In this document: positions 1 through 12,040 of the stretch, piece after piece | Numbering within the stretch: the first letter of the stretch is position 1 | Layout: each line of letters begins with the position of its first letter | The notes under the pieces: model-generated | Databases searched by the model: none | Told to the model about the DNA's origin: nothing | Seen by the model: only the letters and a program-made list of their open reading frames with translations | NCBI GenBank assembly: GCA_963732385.1 | Contig: CAVSZB010000007.1 | Coordinates: 1,532,957 to 1,596,956 of the forward strand | DNA length: 64,000 bases | Direction: 5' to 3' | Source of the DNA: an uncultured bacterium | GTDB taxonomy: Bacteria > Krumholzibacteriota > Krumholzibacteriia > LZORAL124-64-63 | Program-made: the position numbers and the translations under genes

Positions 1-1518
1 GAGACCGACGCTCATCCCCGCCCGGTCCACTTTGGCCAGGATGTCACCGGGCAGATAGCTGACAGCGTCGAGCCACATCATTTCATCACGAAAATCGTCC
101 AGCCGCGCCTGTCCAGCCGGATCGGTGAGAATCGTCACTGTCTCGGCGGCGCCGGGGACCAGGCGCCCGGGCTCCCGGCAATGCGAGACCAGTCGCCGGT
201 ACAGGGCCGTCCGATCGCCGACGCCCAGAACCTCCCCCAGCTTGACGGCCCACGGGTTCACCGGCGGCACCATCGACGCCAACATTCGCCGCAGAGGCGC
301 CGAAACACGTTTGACCTGCCGCCACTGGTGTTCAGCATGATCGTAACGTTTGTAACCGCCGAACAGCTCGTCACCACCGTCGCCGGAGAGGCACACCGTA
401 ACCTGCGTCCGCGCCATGCGGCTGACGAGGATGGTCGGGACCTGCGAGGGGTCTCCGAAGGGCTCGTCGTAGATCATCGGGAGCAACGTGATCACGTCGA
501 GAGTCTCGCGCGGCGACACGTAGAGTTCGGTATGGTCCGTCCCCAAGTGCGAGGCCACGTCTCGCGCGAAGTTGGCTTCGTTGAACTCCGCCTCCGAGAA
601 CCCAATGGTGAAGGTGCGCACCGGCCGCGCACTCTGTGCCTGCATCAAAGCGACCACGAGGGACGAGTCGATGCCGCCGGAAAGGAACGCACCCACCGGC
701 ACATCCGCCACCATCTGGCCCGCCACCGCCGCGCGCAGCAGTTCATCCAACCGCGAAAGCGCCTCCTGCGGGCACCCGGCAAAACGATTGGCCTGCGCCG
801 CCTGCACCGTCTCCGCCGCCGACCAGTAGGCACGCGGCTCAGCGCAAGGCGTGGCGGCGGCAGCGGCGGGGACGCTCAGAAAAGCCCCCGGCAACAGCTT
901 TCGCACGCCGCGGTAGATCGCATAGGGCTCGGGCACGTAGCTGTAGCGCAGGTAGAGCGCGAGCACGTCGCGGTCGAGGTTTCCGTGCCAACCGGGGAAC
1001 GCGCACATCGCCTTGAGCTCGGAGGCGAAGAGAAGAACCGAACCTGACCAACCGTAGTAGAGAGGCTTCTCGCCCATGCGGTCGCGGGCCAGATGCAGGC
1101 AGCGCTCCCGGCCGTCCCACAGAGCAAGGCTGAACATACCCACCAGGCGAGGCAGCGTAGCCTCGAGCCCCCAGCGCGCAACAGCGGCTAGCAGCACTTC
1201 CGTATCGGAGGTACCGCGCCACCCGCCCTCTCCGGCAGCCTCCAGTTCGCGCCGCAGCTCCTGGTAGTTGTAGATCTCACCGTTGAACACGACAGTCCAC
1301 CGACCATCGTTCGACGCCATCGGCTGGTGTCCCTGAGGTGACAGATCGATGATCGAGAGACGGCGGTGGCCCAAGGCGATGCCAGCTGCCTCATCGCACC
1401 AATGTCCTGAGTCGTCCGGGCCGCGGTGTGTGAGTGCATCGGTCATCCGACGCACGGCTTCCTGCGGCGACGTAACGACCAGACCTCCAGGTGCCCAAAA
1501 GCCCGCGATGCCACACAT
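1..1518 (-). CDS. asnB: Asparagine synthase (glutamine-hydrolysing)-family amidotransferase, 3' end runs off the window
   Basis: Not in the ORF track; read manually. Starts MCGIAG (N-terminal nucleophile Cys) and contains HRGPD, GHRRLSIIDLS, FNGEIYN, SDTEV, RDRMGEKPLYY, LSGGIDSS and SGDGGDELFGGY. Confidence 0.95.
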   Translation of the reverse strand, partial: MCGIAGFWAPGGLVVTSPQEAVRRMTDALTHRGPDDSGHWCDEAAGIALGHRRLSIIDLSPQGHQPMASNDGRWTVVFNGEIYNYQELRRELEAAGEGGWRGTSDTEVLLAAVARWGLEATLPRLVGMFSLALWDGRERCLHLARDRMGEKPLYYGWSGSVLLFASELKAMCAFPGWHGNLDRDVLALYLRYSYVPEPYAIYRGVRKLLPGAFLSVPAAAAATPCAEPRAYWSAAETVQAAQANRFAGCPQEALSRLDELLRAAVAGQMVADVPVGAFLSGGIDSSLVVALMQAQSARPVRTFTIGFSEAEFNEANFARDVASHLGTDHTELYVSPRETLDVITLLPMIYDEPFGDPSQVPTILVSRMARTQVTVCLSGDGGDELFGGYKRYDHAEHQWRQVKRVSAPLRRMLASMVPPVNPWAVKLGEVLGVGDRTALYRRLVSHCREPGRLVPGAAETVTILTDPAGQARLDDFRDEMMWLDAVSYLPGDILAKVDRAGMSVGL

Positions 1519-1699
1519 GATTGTTCCCATCTGGGCTGGCGCCCGGCCGCCGGCACGGGGCCGGCATCACAAGCGACAGATAGTAGTACCGCCCAGGTCG
1601 CATCGTCAATCGACTGACGGGCCCTACATGATGCTGCATAAATAATGCAACGATCGCGACAACAGTGACAGGCAGCGCCGCTCCCTTGTGGGCGCCGAG

Positions 1700-2101
1700 A
1701 TCGCCCCAGACGACGATCACCGGGCCTGACGGTCAGCCCCGGAATCACCGACAGGTGCCCGCAACAAAGGACATGGCGCAGGATCGGCGTCAGACCGCGT
1801 TGAACCCAGGTTCGCCGTACGACGGAAGTCAGCTGGGAACCCGTCTCGTCGACTAAGGCGATGTGGGCGCCCAGCCGCGCGGCGCGTAGTATACCCGCGG
1901 CCAGACTTCTTCCTGCCACTGTCGGATTCCGGCCTCATCACGCGGCCATACGCGACGCTGCGGGACTTGGCAGATCCAACCCAGCGCGTGCATAAAGCGG
2001 CCGACATAATCGCGATGATAGCGCACGTCGGACTGTTCGCTGATCACCTTGGCAATCCTCGCGGTCGTCCACAGCTCCGTGCTGAAGCTGCTCCTGCCCA
2101 C
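1700..2101 (-). pseudogene. IS630-family transposase remnant (frameshifted, truncated)
   Basis: Frame 1 WTTARIAKVI..DVRYHRDYVGRFMHALGWICQVPQRR..RDEAGIRQW..WPRV is the winged-HTH part. Frame 2 continues HIALVDETG..VRRTW..RGLTPIL, the first Asp of the DDE motif. The rest of the DDE domain is missing. Confidence 0.8.
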
Positions 2102-2106
2102 CCACC

Positions 2107-3459
2107 TCAGTCACCACGCGGCCCCCGGAACGACGCTGTCGAGGAACCGTAACGCAGAACTGCTAACATGCCGCGTGCCTTAGTCCACGACTCGCGATAA
2201 AAGGCCAGTAAATCGGACAATCCCACTGTGTATGGCAAATGGACGGGTATGATTCTATTCATGAACATATTGCCGATCAGCCTGCTCCCGATCATCAGCA
2301 CCGCCTGCGCCGCGATGATCCCCACCATCCCGCCAAGCGCCATGCCGGCATACAAAAGCACCGGCGCCAGAAGGAGCGAGACAGCATTAGCCCAAATGGA
2401 AATGTCGTTACGGCTCATCGCGCGTAGAACCATCGATGAATTGAAAACAAGACCCAGCTTGACCAGCGTATTGATACGAAAGATCGGAATCGCGTCCGCA
2501 TAGGCATCAGTGAACATGAACAGGATCAACGGCTTGGAGACCAGCAGCAGAAGCAGCACGAACGGCAGGGCGGCGGCGTAGCAACTGGTCAGTATGCGCC
2601 GCCAAAGCAGCCGGATGCCCTCCCAGTCCTTCTGTTGCTCCAGCAGCGCGAACTGGCCGAGCGCCACAACCGCTAGCGACTGAACAAACATCTGGATAAA
2701 CGGCAGCTCCGTGCAGCCGGCGGAATAGACAGCATAAGCCTCAGTTCCATAATAGCGGCTAACAAAGAATTCATGAAGCCGAACGAGCATTGAGAATATT
2801 GTCCCAGAAGACCCAAGCACGATCCCGTAGCGAATCTGTTTCCGGATACCGAAGAAGTAGCGCTCGGCCCTAAACCCGTGCAAGCGCCAGTGGATATATA
2901 CGAGCATAGCCAGCAGCTGCAAAGCGCGGGCAGCGACCAAAGCGATCAGAACGGCATCGAGCCGCAGGGTCAGAAACGCCGCCACTACACAAAATACGCT
3001 CACCAGAGTCTGGCCGGCCACCTCGAAAACTGCAGCCGCCTTCACGTTCTGGCTAGCAGTGAGATAACAGTCGCAGGCAATCGCCAGCATCAGGATAACG
3101 ACATACGACGCCAGCTTCCAGAAGGCGTCATGCAGGATCGACATGTTGAGCCAACGGCTCAGCGGACCGACGGTCAGGCCGATCACCGTGAAGGCCACCG
3201 CTGTGACAAAGACATTCATCAAAACGGTATTAAGGAAATAGGCGCCCGCATTACGCAGATCACGCGGAATAAAGTAATATAGGGCCTGGTTCAACCCGAG
3301 TTGAAATAAAGCCCCAATGTATACTTCGAGCAGGAAGAACTGGCGGTAGGCTCCAAAATCCGCGACGGTCAGCAGGCGCACCAGAAAATACGGCAGGACC
3401 AGCCGCACCCCATATCCTACCAGCTTGGAGCCAAAGATGTAAAGCGACTGGGTGAGCAA
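2107..3459 (-). CDS. Oligosaccharide flippase (Wzx/MOP superfamily)
   Basis: 450 aa, multiple TM segments, LVRLLTVADFGAY and LGLNQALYYFIP motifs; RBS GAGGAG before a TTG start; lies in the polysaccharide operon. Confidence 0.85.
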   Translation of the reverse strand: MLTQSLYIFGSKLVGYGVRLVLPYFLVRLLTVADFGAYRQFFLLEVYIGALFQLGLNQALYYFIPRDLRNAGAYFLNTVLMNVFVTAVAFTVIGLTVGPLSRWLNMSILHDAFWKLASYVVILMLAIACDCYLTASQNVKAAAVFEVAGQTLVSVFCVVAAFLTLRLDAVLIALVAARALQLLAMLVYIHWRLHGFRAERYFFGIRKQIRYGIVLGSSGTIFSMLVRLHEFFVSRYYGTEAYAVYSAGCTELPFIQMFVQSLAVVALGQFALLEQQKDWEGIRLLWRRILTSCYAAALPFVLLLLLVSKPLILFMFTDAYADAIPIFRINTLVKLGLVFNSSMVLRAMSRNDISIWANAVSLLLAPVLLYAGMALGGMVGIIAAQAVLMIGSRLIGNMFMNRIIPVHLPYTVGLSDLLAFYRESWTKARGMLAVLRYGSSTASFRGPRGD

Positions 3460-3582
3460 CGTCGGCCTCTCCTCTTAGGATTCCAACGGCCTTATGCACA
3501 ACGGCACCTCGATGAAGCCAATCATCGCGCCGACAGCATAAGTCACAGTAGTATAATAGCGTCGGACCCGTCCCCCGGCTTG

Positions 3583-5058
3583 TCAACTCGCCGGTATTGC
3601 CACTAAATCCCGTTCGCCACCGTATCCATCAAGGATACCGGCGCAGAGCATAAACAAGGTCCCGACCACGGAGAAGAAGCGGTAATCGATAGCAAGGCCA
3701 CCGGCCAGATAGCCCACCATGAGCCCACCGAATACAGGCATCACATATGAAGTAAAGTGATCCTCTTCAGCTCGACGGATCAGTTTGCGAAAGAATATGC
3801 GGATGATCATGAAATAAATCGCAATCTGCAGGCCTGCTCCCACCAACCCGGTCTCGGCCAGGGGGCCAATGTAAATATCATGGATGCTGGTGCGCCGGAA
3901 CTGCCAGTAACCGATGATCGGGAACCCAGGGACTGCGACCGGCTTGAGATATTCATCGCGGACTTTGCCATACTGAAAGAAGCCGACTCCGAACAGCGGG
4001 TGGTCCCGCCAAACGCGCAGCACGGTCACGGCAGTTCCCAGTCGCGATCCGATAGTATCTTCGTTCTCCATGCGCTCCTTCATGAACTTGTCCTGGGCCA
4101 ACCCCAGCATCGTTACGGCCAGAATGGGCGCGAGAAGTGCCAACGGCATCAGATAACGCAGATATGCCTTGCGGTTAAGCGCCGCAGCTATTACTAGTGC
4201 CACAATTCCAGCGAGCCACGAACCTCGGGTATATGTGAAGTACAGACCACCGATACCCAGCAACATGCTAACGGCCAATAGCAACCGCATCCAACTTCGC
4301 TTGACGGTAGCCAGGAAATAGAGATGAATCGGCAGCAAGATACCGATGATCGTGCCGAACAGGGGAGCATGCAAGAACGGGCCGACCGAGCGCCCTCTCC
4401 ACCCAACATCGATACCGATCATGATCTTCGGCCACAGGAGCCAATTAATGTCAAACTTCTCTGCGACCGAGGTCACGTTGTAATAAACGCTCAGCGCCAG
4501 CAGGCCCCAGAGAAGGTTGCGAATCTGCCGGTGGCTGGTTATGATGTTTTTCGCCAGAAAATAGACCGTGTACGGGATCAAGATGCACACCGTCCAGGTG
4601 GCAAAGAACTCCATACCCTGGAATACAACCTGCGTCAGGATGTAGAGGGCGTGCGCCAGGAGCAGAAGATCCAGACTGAACGGACGTCGCATAGCTCGCC
4701 GTTCGGCAACGGCCTTCACCAGAAATACGAGGACCGTCCAGATCATCAACATGCGGTCCAGGTACAGGTCCGGCAATATCGGCGTCTTAATTGACCAGAT
4801 GTAACGGAACCCGCCGATCGACAGGATCCAGAGGTAGAACGGGACGGGGAGGTAGCGAAAAGAGATAATCGAGAAGAGGACCGCGAACAGAACTCCAGCC
4901 AGCACCTCCACGAACCGACCGGCGCCCAATCGTCTTATGACCAGCTGGCTGCCCAACAGTACGGCACCCGCGAGCAGAATGTACCCGGCAGTCGCTATCC
5001 GACGCGTCATGACCCGAGAATCACCGGAGCCGGCCACAGCTCGCTTCAGATCGAGCAC
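3583..5058 (-). CDS. O-antigen ligase/Wzy polymerase-family membrane protein
   Basis: Multi-TM with RSVGPF, YFTYTRGSWLA, SRLGT, DHPLFGVGF and IHDIYIGPLAETGLVG (Wzy_C-like). Confidence 0.85.
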   Translation of the reverse strand: MLDLKRAVAGSGDSRVMTRRIATAGYILLAGAVLLGSQLVIRRLGAGRFVEVLAGVLFAVLFSIISFRYLPVPFYLWILSIGGFRYIWSIKTPILPDLYLDRMLMIWTVLVFLVKAVAERRAMRRPFSLDLLLLAHALYILTQVVFQGMEFFATWTVCILIPYTVYFLAKNIITSHRQIRNLLWGLLALSVYYNVTSVAEKFDINWLLWPKIMIGIDVGWRGRSVGPFLHAPLFGTIIGILLPIHLYFLATVKRSWMRLLLAVSMLLGIGGLYFTYTRGSWLAGIVALVIAAALNRKAYLRYLMPLALLAPILAVTMLGLAQDKFMKERMENEDTIGSRLGTAVTVLRVWRDHPLFGVGFFQYGKVRDEYLKPVAVPGFPIIGYWQFRRTSIHDIYIGPLAETGLVGAGLQIAIYFMIIRIFFRKLIRRAEEDHFTSYVMPVFGGLMVGYLAGGLAIDYRFFSVVGTLFMLCAGILDGYGGERDLVAIPAS

Positions 5059-5059
5059 C

Positions 5060-6475
5060 TCAGTCCATCCGCGTGACGCTGGCGAACACCGGCAGTTTCA
5101 GATTCTCCTCGATGTCCTGCGGCGCGTATATGCGATGGTCCAGGCTCTCCTGCGTGAATGCGCCGACAATGCCCAGCGCGATGGCGAACAGCACGATCAT
5201 GGCAAGATAAACCATGGTCTTGCCCCCAGCCAGCACCGCTACCAGTTCCGGCTCGGTCAGCACAACGATCTTACTCACCCGGGCATCGGCCATCTCGCTC
5301 ATGCGGACCTCGCCCCACTTGCCCTGCATAGCAGTCAGCAGATCGCGCAGCGACTTGATGTCGCTCTCGAGCATCGCAACCTGCTGGTAAACTTCAGGAA
5401 TTCGCTCGTTGTCGTTTTTGATCGCGTCCACCTGGGCCTGCAGAGTTTTCTCGCGCTGACGAATCGAAAGGAGGGACAGGTGCACGCTTTCGGTGTACGC
5501 AACCTCCTCCTCCCGCAACCGCTTCAACGAGCTCTCCAGCAGCGCTCGCTGGCGGCGGGCCGGCAGACTGTCGTCGGTGTAAACGGTGAGGATCGAGTTG
5601 AGGGCGTTCTCGTGCTTGCCTACCTGATCGCGCCAGCCGACCAGGGTCGAAGCACGGCTTTCGTCCTGCCCCGCGGGGAACTCGCGCGGATCCCGGTCCA
5701 GATACCCTTTCAGCAATGCGTATTCCACCTCGAGCTGTTCGCGTTCGACCTGCACCTTGCGCAGTTGCGATTCCGTGTCGGCCGCCGTGCCCACGGAAAA
5801 GCGCATTTCGTCTTCGAGCGAAGGATAGCCCGTCTGGCGCAGAATTTCCCCGCGCACCGCTAGCAACGAGTCGATCCCGGCGCGCACGGTCGCGATCTGC
5901 TCTGAGTAGTAGGCCACCGCACCGAGATTGCGGCGCCCGGAGTCCTCGTACTCCATGAAAGCGCTGCGCAGCGCCCCCACCGCCATCAGGGCCACGCGGG
6001 GGTTCTCCGCCGTGTGACGGAATTCGAGAATGCTGGACTCGCCGACCACGTTGACATCGAGACCTTTAACCAGATAATCTCGGAATTCGGTGCTCCCCTG
6101 CAGCCTGGCAAGCTTGGGAGCAAGCCGGCGGATAACCGGCAGCGAATCGGTCAGTGCCGCGACTGCCCGATCGGCGACCGATATACTCATGGCGATGTTC
6201 AGGAACGTGCTCATCTCACGGTCGAAATCGATGACCCTGCCCGTAATGTTCCAGCGCGGCTGATCGACGTTCGACAGCTCTACCAGGACGCGTGTGGTGG
6301 CGGTATAGGTGCCCGTGCGCCCCAAAAGGCTGCCACCGCCGACGAGGATGATCGGAAGGGAAATGGACAGGATGATCCAGCGACGGCGAAACAGGACGAA
6401 CACGAGGTCACGCGGGGTCAGCCCCCGCTGCCGAACCGGCCCCGGAACGTTCGCATGCGGTTCGTTTCCCGACAT
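5060..6475 (-). CDS. Polysaccharide co-polymerase (GumC/Wzz/Wzc N-terminal type) without a fused kinase
   Basis: N-terminal TM (DLVFVLFRRRWII), long coiled-coil periplasmic region, C-terminal TM then ESLDHRIYAPQDIEENLKLPVFASV. Confidence 0.85.
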   Translation of the reverse strand: MSGNEPHANVPGPVRQRGLTPRDLVFVLFRRRWIILSISLPIILVGGGSLLGRTGTYTATTRVLVELSNVDQPRWNITGRVIDFDREMSTFLNIAMSISVADRAVAALTDSLPVIRRLAPKLARLQGSTEFRDYLVKGLDVNVVGESSILEFRHTAENPRVALMAVGALRSAFMEYEDSGRRNLGAVAYYSEQIATVRAGIDSLLAVRGEILRQTGYPSLEDEMRFSVGTAADTESQLRKVQVEREQLEVEYALLKGYLDRDPREFPAGQDESRASTLVGWRDQVGKHENALNSILTVYTDDSLPARRQRALLESSLKRLREEEVAYTESVHLSLLSIRQREKTLQAQVDAIKNDNERIPEVYQQVAMLESDIKSLRDLLTAMQGKWGEVRMSEMADARVSKIVVLTEPELVAVLAGGKTMVYLAMIVLFAIALGIVGAFTQESLDHRIYAPQDIEENLKLPVFASVTRMD

Positions 6476-6480
6476 GACTG

Positions 6481-7269
6481 CTAGTACCTTCCTGGCAGGC
6501 CTTTGGAAATATTGTAGGAGTCGTAGACAATGCGAGTGAAGGTGCCAATGCCGGAGAGCACGGACTTGGCAAAATATGCGAAGTCTGCCACCCGCGAGCG
6601 GGGCACATAGACGATGTCGAATGATTCGAGCGGAATCGTCGCCAACCTGACGAACTGGGCGGATCCGAAGGTTTTGAGGTTCACTTCCTGGAACTGGTAA
6701 CCCTCTCCGGTCACGCGGACGATGAGCGTGCCTTCGCGGGCGGCATCTTCGGTGAAACCGCTGGCCAGGCTGATGGCGCTCATGATGTCTATGCCGCCCA
6801 GGGGAATCGCATAAGTGCCCGGATCACGCACCTCGCCCAGCACATAGACGCGCCGGCCCAGCGTCTTCTCGATCTTGACCGACAACGCGGGTTCACGGTA
6901 CTCGCGAGAGTAGGCCGCGGTCAGTGCCGAATCGGCCTCGGAGAGGGTCAGTCCGGCCAGTCGGATCTGATCGATGCCGACCAGACTCGCCGTGCCATCA
7001 CTCAGCACCAGGACGTTTTCCTGGTTCAAGTCGCGCTCGTAGGCGAAATTGATCTTGAGGATGTCCCCCTCCTGGATGCGGTAGGAGTGGGTGGCCTGCG
7101 CCTCGATATCCGCCTTCTGCTCGGGCCCGAAGGCCACCATCTCATTGCGCGGCACATACGGGTGGGCCCCGCCGCAACCGGCCAGCGCCGCCAGCAGGAG
7201 GACGCAAGCCGAACACATCATGGTCTTCCCCGTCCGCCGGCCGGAACTCACTGGATTACAGTCTGTCAT
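6481..7269 (-). CDS. Polysaccharide export OPX/Wza-family lipoprotein (short form)
   Basis: Lipobox LAGC; YRIQEGDIL and VLSDGTASL (Poly_export); VYVLGEVRDPG and ASGFT (SLBB); DIVYVP. Confidence 0.9.
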   Translation of the reverse strand: MTDCNPVSSGRRTGKTMMCSACVLLLAALAGCGGAHPYVPRNEMVAFGPEQKADIEAQATHSYRIQEGDILKINFAYERDLNQENVLVLSDGTASLVGIDQIRLAGLTLSEADSALTAAYSREYREPALSVKIEKTLGRRVYVLGEVRDPGTYAIPLGGIDIMSAISLASGFTEDAAREGTLIVRVTGEGYQFQEVNLKTFGSAQFVRLATIPLESFDIVYVPRSRVADFAYFAKSVLSGIGTFTRIVYDSYNISKGLPGRY

Positions 7270-7972
7270 AGATCGCCTTGGGCAGGTCGTAGGACCGCCG
7301 GTTGATCACCGTTCCCAGCACCAGCACCGATTTGGCGCGCAGCGCTTCGATTCCATGGCCGATGACCTCGCGCTTGAGATGGCGCTGTTCGATCACCAGC
7401 AGCAGACCGTCTGTCGCCGCAGCCATGAGAGCCGTATCGGTAGTGCTGAGAACCGGCGGCAGGTCGATCAGCGTGAAGTCGAACCGCTCCGACAACGCCC
7501 GCACCAGATCATGGCACTTCTGGTCCGCGAACAGACCCCTGACCGAAGTGAGATTCAGTCCGGACGGGATCACCACCGGGTTACTGAACTGCGACAGATT
7601 TTCGAGGCGCCCCGGATGCTGCAGGAGCGTGCTCAGGCTCGGACCCTCATGATGGATAAGTCGTTGCTGCGGGGCCTGGAAGTTGGCGTCGATCCAGGCG
7701 ACCTTCCGCTGGTAGACGGTCGCCAAGTACATGGCCGCATTATAAGAAACGAAGCTGGCGCCTTCGCCGGCTACGGTCGAGGCGAACGCCAGGACCGCTC
7801 CCCGGCTGTCAGGCCTCAGCCCGAGCAACCGATTGGCAAGCTGATTGAACTCGCCTTTCTGGCTGCCGGCCGGCGCCGGGAACAGTTCAAAGGTTGTCGC
7901 CCGGCCGATCTCGGGGGCGAGATCAGGCGTGTCGCCAATCTTATTCCGGTACGCTTCATAGATCTTCGACAT
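7256..7972 (-). CDS. CpsD/CapB-like BY-kinase homologue with degenerate Walker A
   Basis: MSKIYEAY start; STVAGEGASF (Walker A position), WIDAN (Walker A'), LIDLPP (Walker B), DGLLLVI and VLGTVIN. Confidence 0.8.
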   Translation of the reverse strand: MSKIYEAYRNKIGDTPDLAPEIGRATTFELFPAPAGSQKGEFNQLANRLLGLRPDSRGAVLAFASTVAGEGASFVSYNAAMYLATVYQRKVAWIDANFQAPQQRLIHHEGPSLSTLLQHPGRLENLSQFSNPVVIPSGLNLTSVRGLFADQKCHDLVRALSERFDFTLIDLPPVLSTTDTALMAAATDGLLLVIEQRHLKREVIGHGIEALRAKSVLVLGTVINRRSYDLPKAIYDRL

Positions 7973-8289
7973 GGCACCCGTCTCCGACTGCAAATTGCCG
8001 ACCGGGGGCTCGCTGACGGCGAGCCCACCCGATGACCCCGATGCCACGCGGACCGATTCCCTGAACCCCGCTCACCCTGCGTGATATCGTGCGCAAACCC
8101 TTCTGCCTTTAGCAATTTTGCCGGATTGACCCCCGCGACTGCAGTTCTGGGAGACGAGTGTGAGTCAAGGTAGGAAATTTCGGCCAACTGTCAATAATGC
8201 GCAGTCGGCCACCGGGTATAGAACATGGCCCGGCCGCGAGAACGGCGCCGAAACCGCGAAATCGCCCGCGGGGCCTGTCGGACCGCGCC

Positions 8290-10423
<2,134 letters not shown>

Positions 10424-10454
10424 CCGATGCCCTGTCCCGCCCCCCCGCCCACGC

Positions 10455-10482
10455 TCAAGCCGCGCCCCCGCGCGGCCGATAA
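10455..10482 (+). promoter_or_regulatory. Putative sigma28 (FliA-type) promoter
   Basis: TCAAG-N15-GCCGATAA, 52 bp upstream of the HDOD-GAF start; the -10 box matches the GCCGATAA consensus exactly. Confidence 0.55.
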
Positions 10483-10534
10483 TCCCCTTTGCACCCCGTT
10501 TCGCGCCCCCCTCCGCCGCCGCCGAGGAGTCGCC

Positions 10535-11980
10535 ATGGTCGCCCGCGCCGAAGTCGCCCGTGAGATCGACAAACTGTCGGAGCTGCCGATCCTGCCGCAG
10601 GTTCTGATCACGCTGAACAAGGTGGCCGAAGACGACAACGCTTCGGCCGAGGATCTGGGCAAGATCATCCTCAAGGACCAGGGGCTGACGATGCAGCTCC
10701 TGAAGCTGGTCAACTCCGCCTACTACCGGCAGCAGAAGCGGGAACGGGTCACCACGGTGTCGAAGGCGGTCATCATCCTCGGTTTCAACGGGGTGCGGCG
10801 GCTGGCGCTGGGCATGTCGGTCTACTCCATGCTCAAGGATGCCGACCGGCTGCCCGGCCTGTCGGAACTCTGGAGTCACGCGCTGACGGTGGCGATCACG
10901 GCGCGGCAGCTGGCGGCGCGCACCGGCTACCTGCCGGCGGAAGAGGCGTTCGTGGCCGGCCTGACGCACGACATCGGACGCGTGGTGCTGGCCCGCTGCG
11001 ATCCGGAGGCCTGGGCGCGGGTCATGGAGGGCGCGCCCGACTCGACCGAGCTGCGCGAGCGCGAGCGAATCCACTTCGGGGTCAGTCACGCCATGGCGGG
11101 CAAGAAGCTGGCGCACCGCTGGAGCCTGCCGACGCCGCTCGAGGAGATCATCGGCGACCACCACGCCTACGATACGCAGGCGCTCGTGCCGGGCTCGCCT
11201 CTGATGCGGCTGATCATCGGCGCCAACCGTTTCGCGCGCGCGTTGATGGTCAATCCCGACCGCGAGGGGTTCGACGGCGCCTGCGAAAACCTGCGCGCCT
11301 CCTTCCATTTGACCGGCCTGCAGGTGCAGGAGCTCTACCAGGGGATCTGGCGGGAGTACGAGGAACTGGCGCATGCCTTCGATATCGTCGGCGCCTGGGA
11401 TCCGGCCGGAGGCGCCGCCGCTTTCCGCCCCGACATCGACCGCGACGAGATGCTCAACCGTCTGCAGGCCATCTCGGCCGCCATGGTGACCCCCGGAAAC
11501 ACACCGGAGCAGGTGCGCGACCTCGTGCTCGACGGCATCATGGGGTCGGTCGCCGTGGAGCGGATCTTCCTCGTCGAGCCCGACCCCGCGGGCGCCTCGC
11601 TGGTCTGCCGGGCCTGGCGCGGACGCGTCACCCCGGAGCAGGAAAACGCGTTCCGTCTGCCGCTCACCCCGGCCGGCGGCATCGCCGCGCGCACGCTGCT
11701 GGAACTGCGCCCCTTCCACATCTCCGATCCCGAGGCGCCCGGGGTGCGCCATTATCTGCACGCGGAGCTGCTGGCCGCTCTCGGCCCGCGCGAATTCGCC
11801 ACGGTGCCGCTGCTGTTCCAGGGCCGGGCGGTCGGCCTGCTCTGGTACGACAACCCCGTCACCGGCCGCCCCCTCGCCGAGCCGCTGCGCAACGCCATCG
11901 CCACCCTCGCCAACACCCTGGCTCTGGTGTTGGGCAGTCGGGCGCCGGCCGTGGCGCCGCCGGAGCCGGTGCGCGCCTGA
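10535..11980 (+). CDS. HDOD-domain signalling protein with C-terminal GAF domain
   Basis: ELPILPQV, DQGLTMQLLKLVNSAYY, VSKAVIILG, LWSHAL, AGLTHDIG, HAMAG..W.LP; GAF-like tail GGIAART..FATVPL..GLLWYDN; RBS GAGGAG. Confidence 0.85.
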   Translation: MVARAEVAREIDKLSELPILPQVLITLNKVAEDDNASAEDLGKIILKDQGLTMQLLKLVNSAYYRQQKRERVTTVSKAVIILGFNGVRRLALGMSVYSMLKDADRLPGLSELWSHALTVAITARQLAARTGYLPAEEAFVAGLTHDIGRVVLARCDPEAWARVMEGAPDSTELRERERIHFGVSHAMAGKKLAHRWSLPTPLEEIIGDHHAYDTQALVPGSPLMRLIIGANRFARALMVNPDREGFDGACENLRASFHLTGLQVQELYQGIWREYEELAHAFDIVGAWDPAGGAAAFRPDIDRDEMLNRLQAISAAMVTPGNTPEQVRDLVLDGIMGSVAVERIFLVEPDPAGASLVCRAWRGRVTPEQENAFRLPLTPAGGIAARTLLELRPFHISDPEAPGVRHYLHAELLAALGPREFATVPLLFQGRAVGLLWYDNPVTGRPLAEPLRNAIATLANTLALVLGSRAPAVAPPEPVRA

Positions 11981-12040
11981 CCGTTCGCCGCCACGCGGCT
12001 CCGGCTTGCTCCGCTCGCGTTCCTGTCGGATAATAACGGG

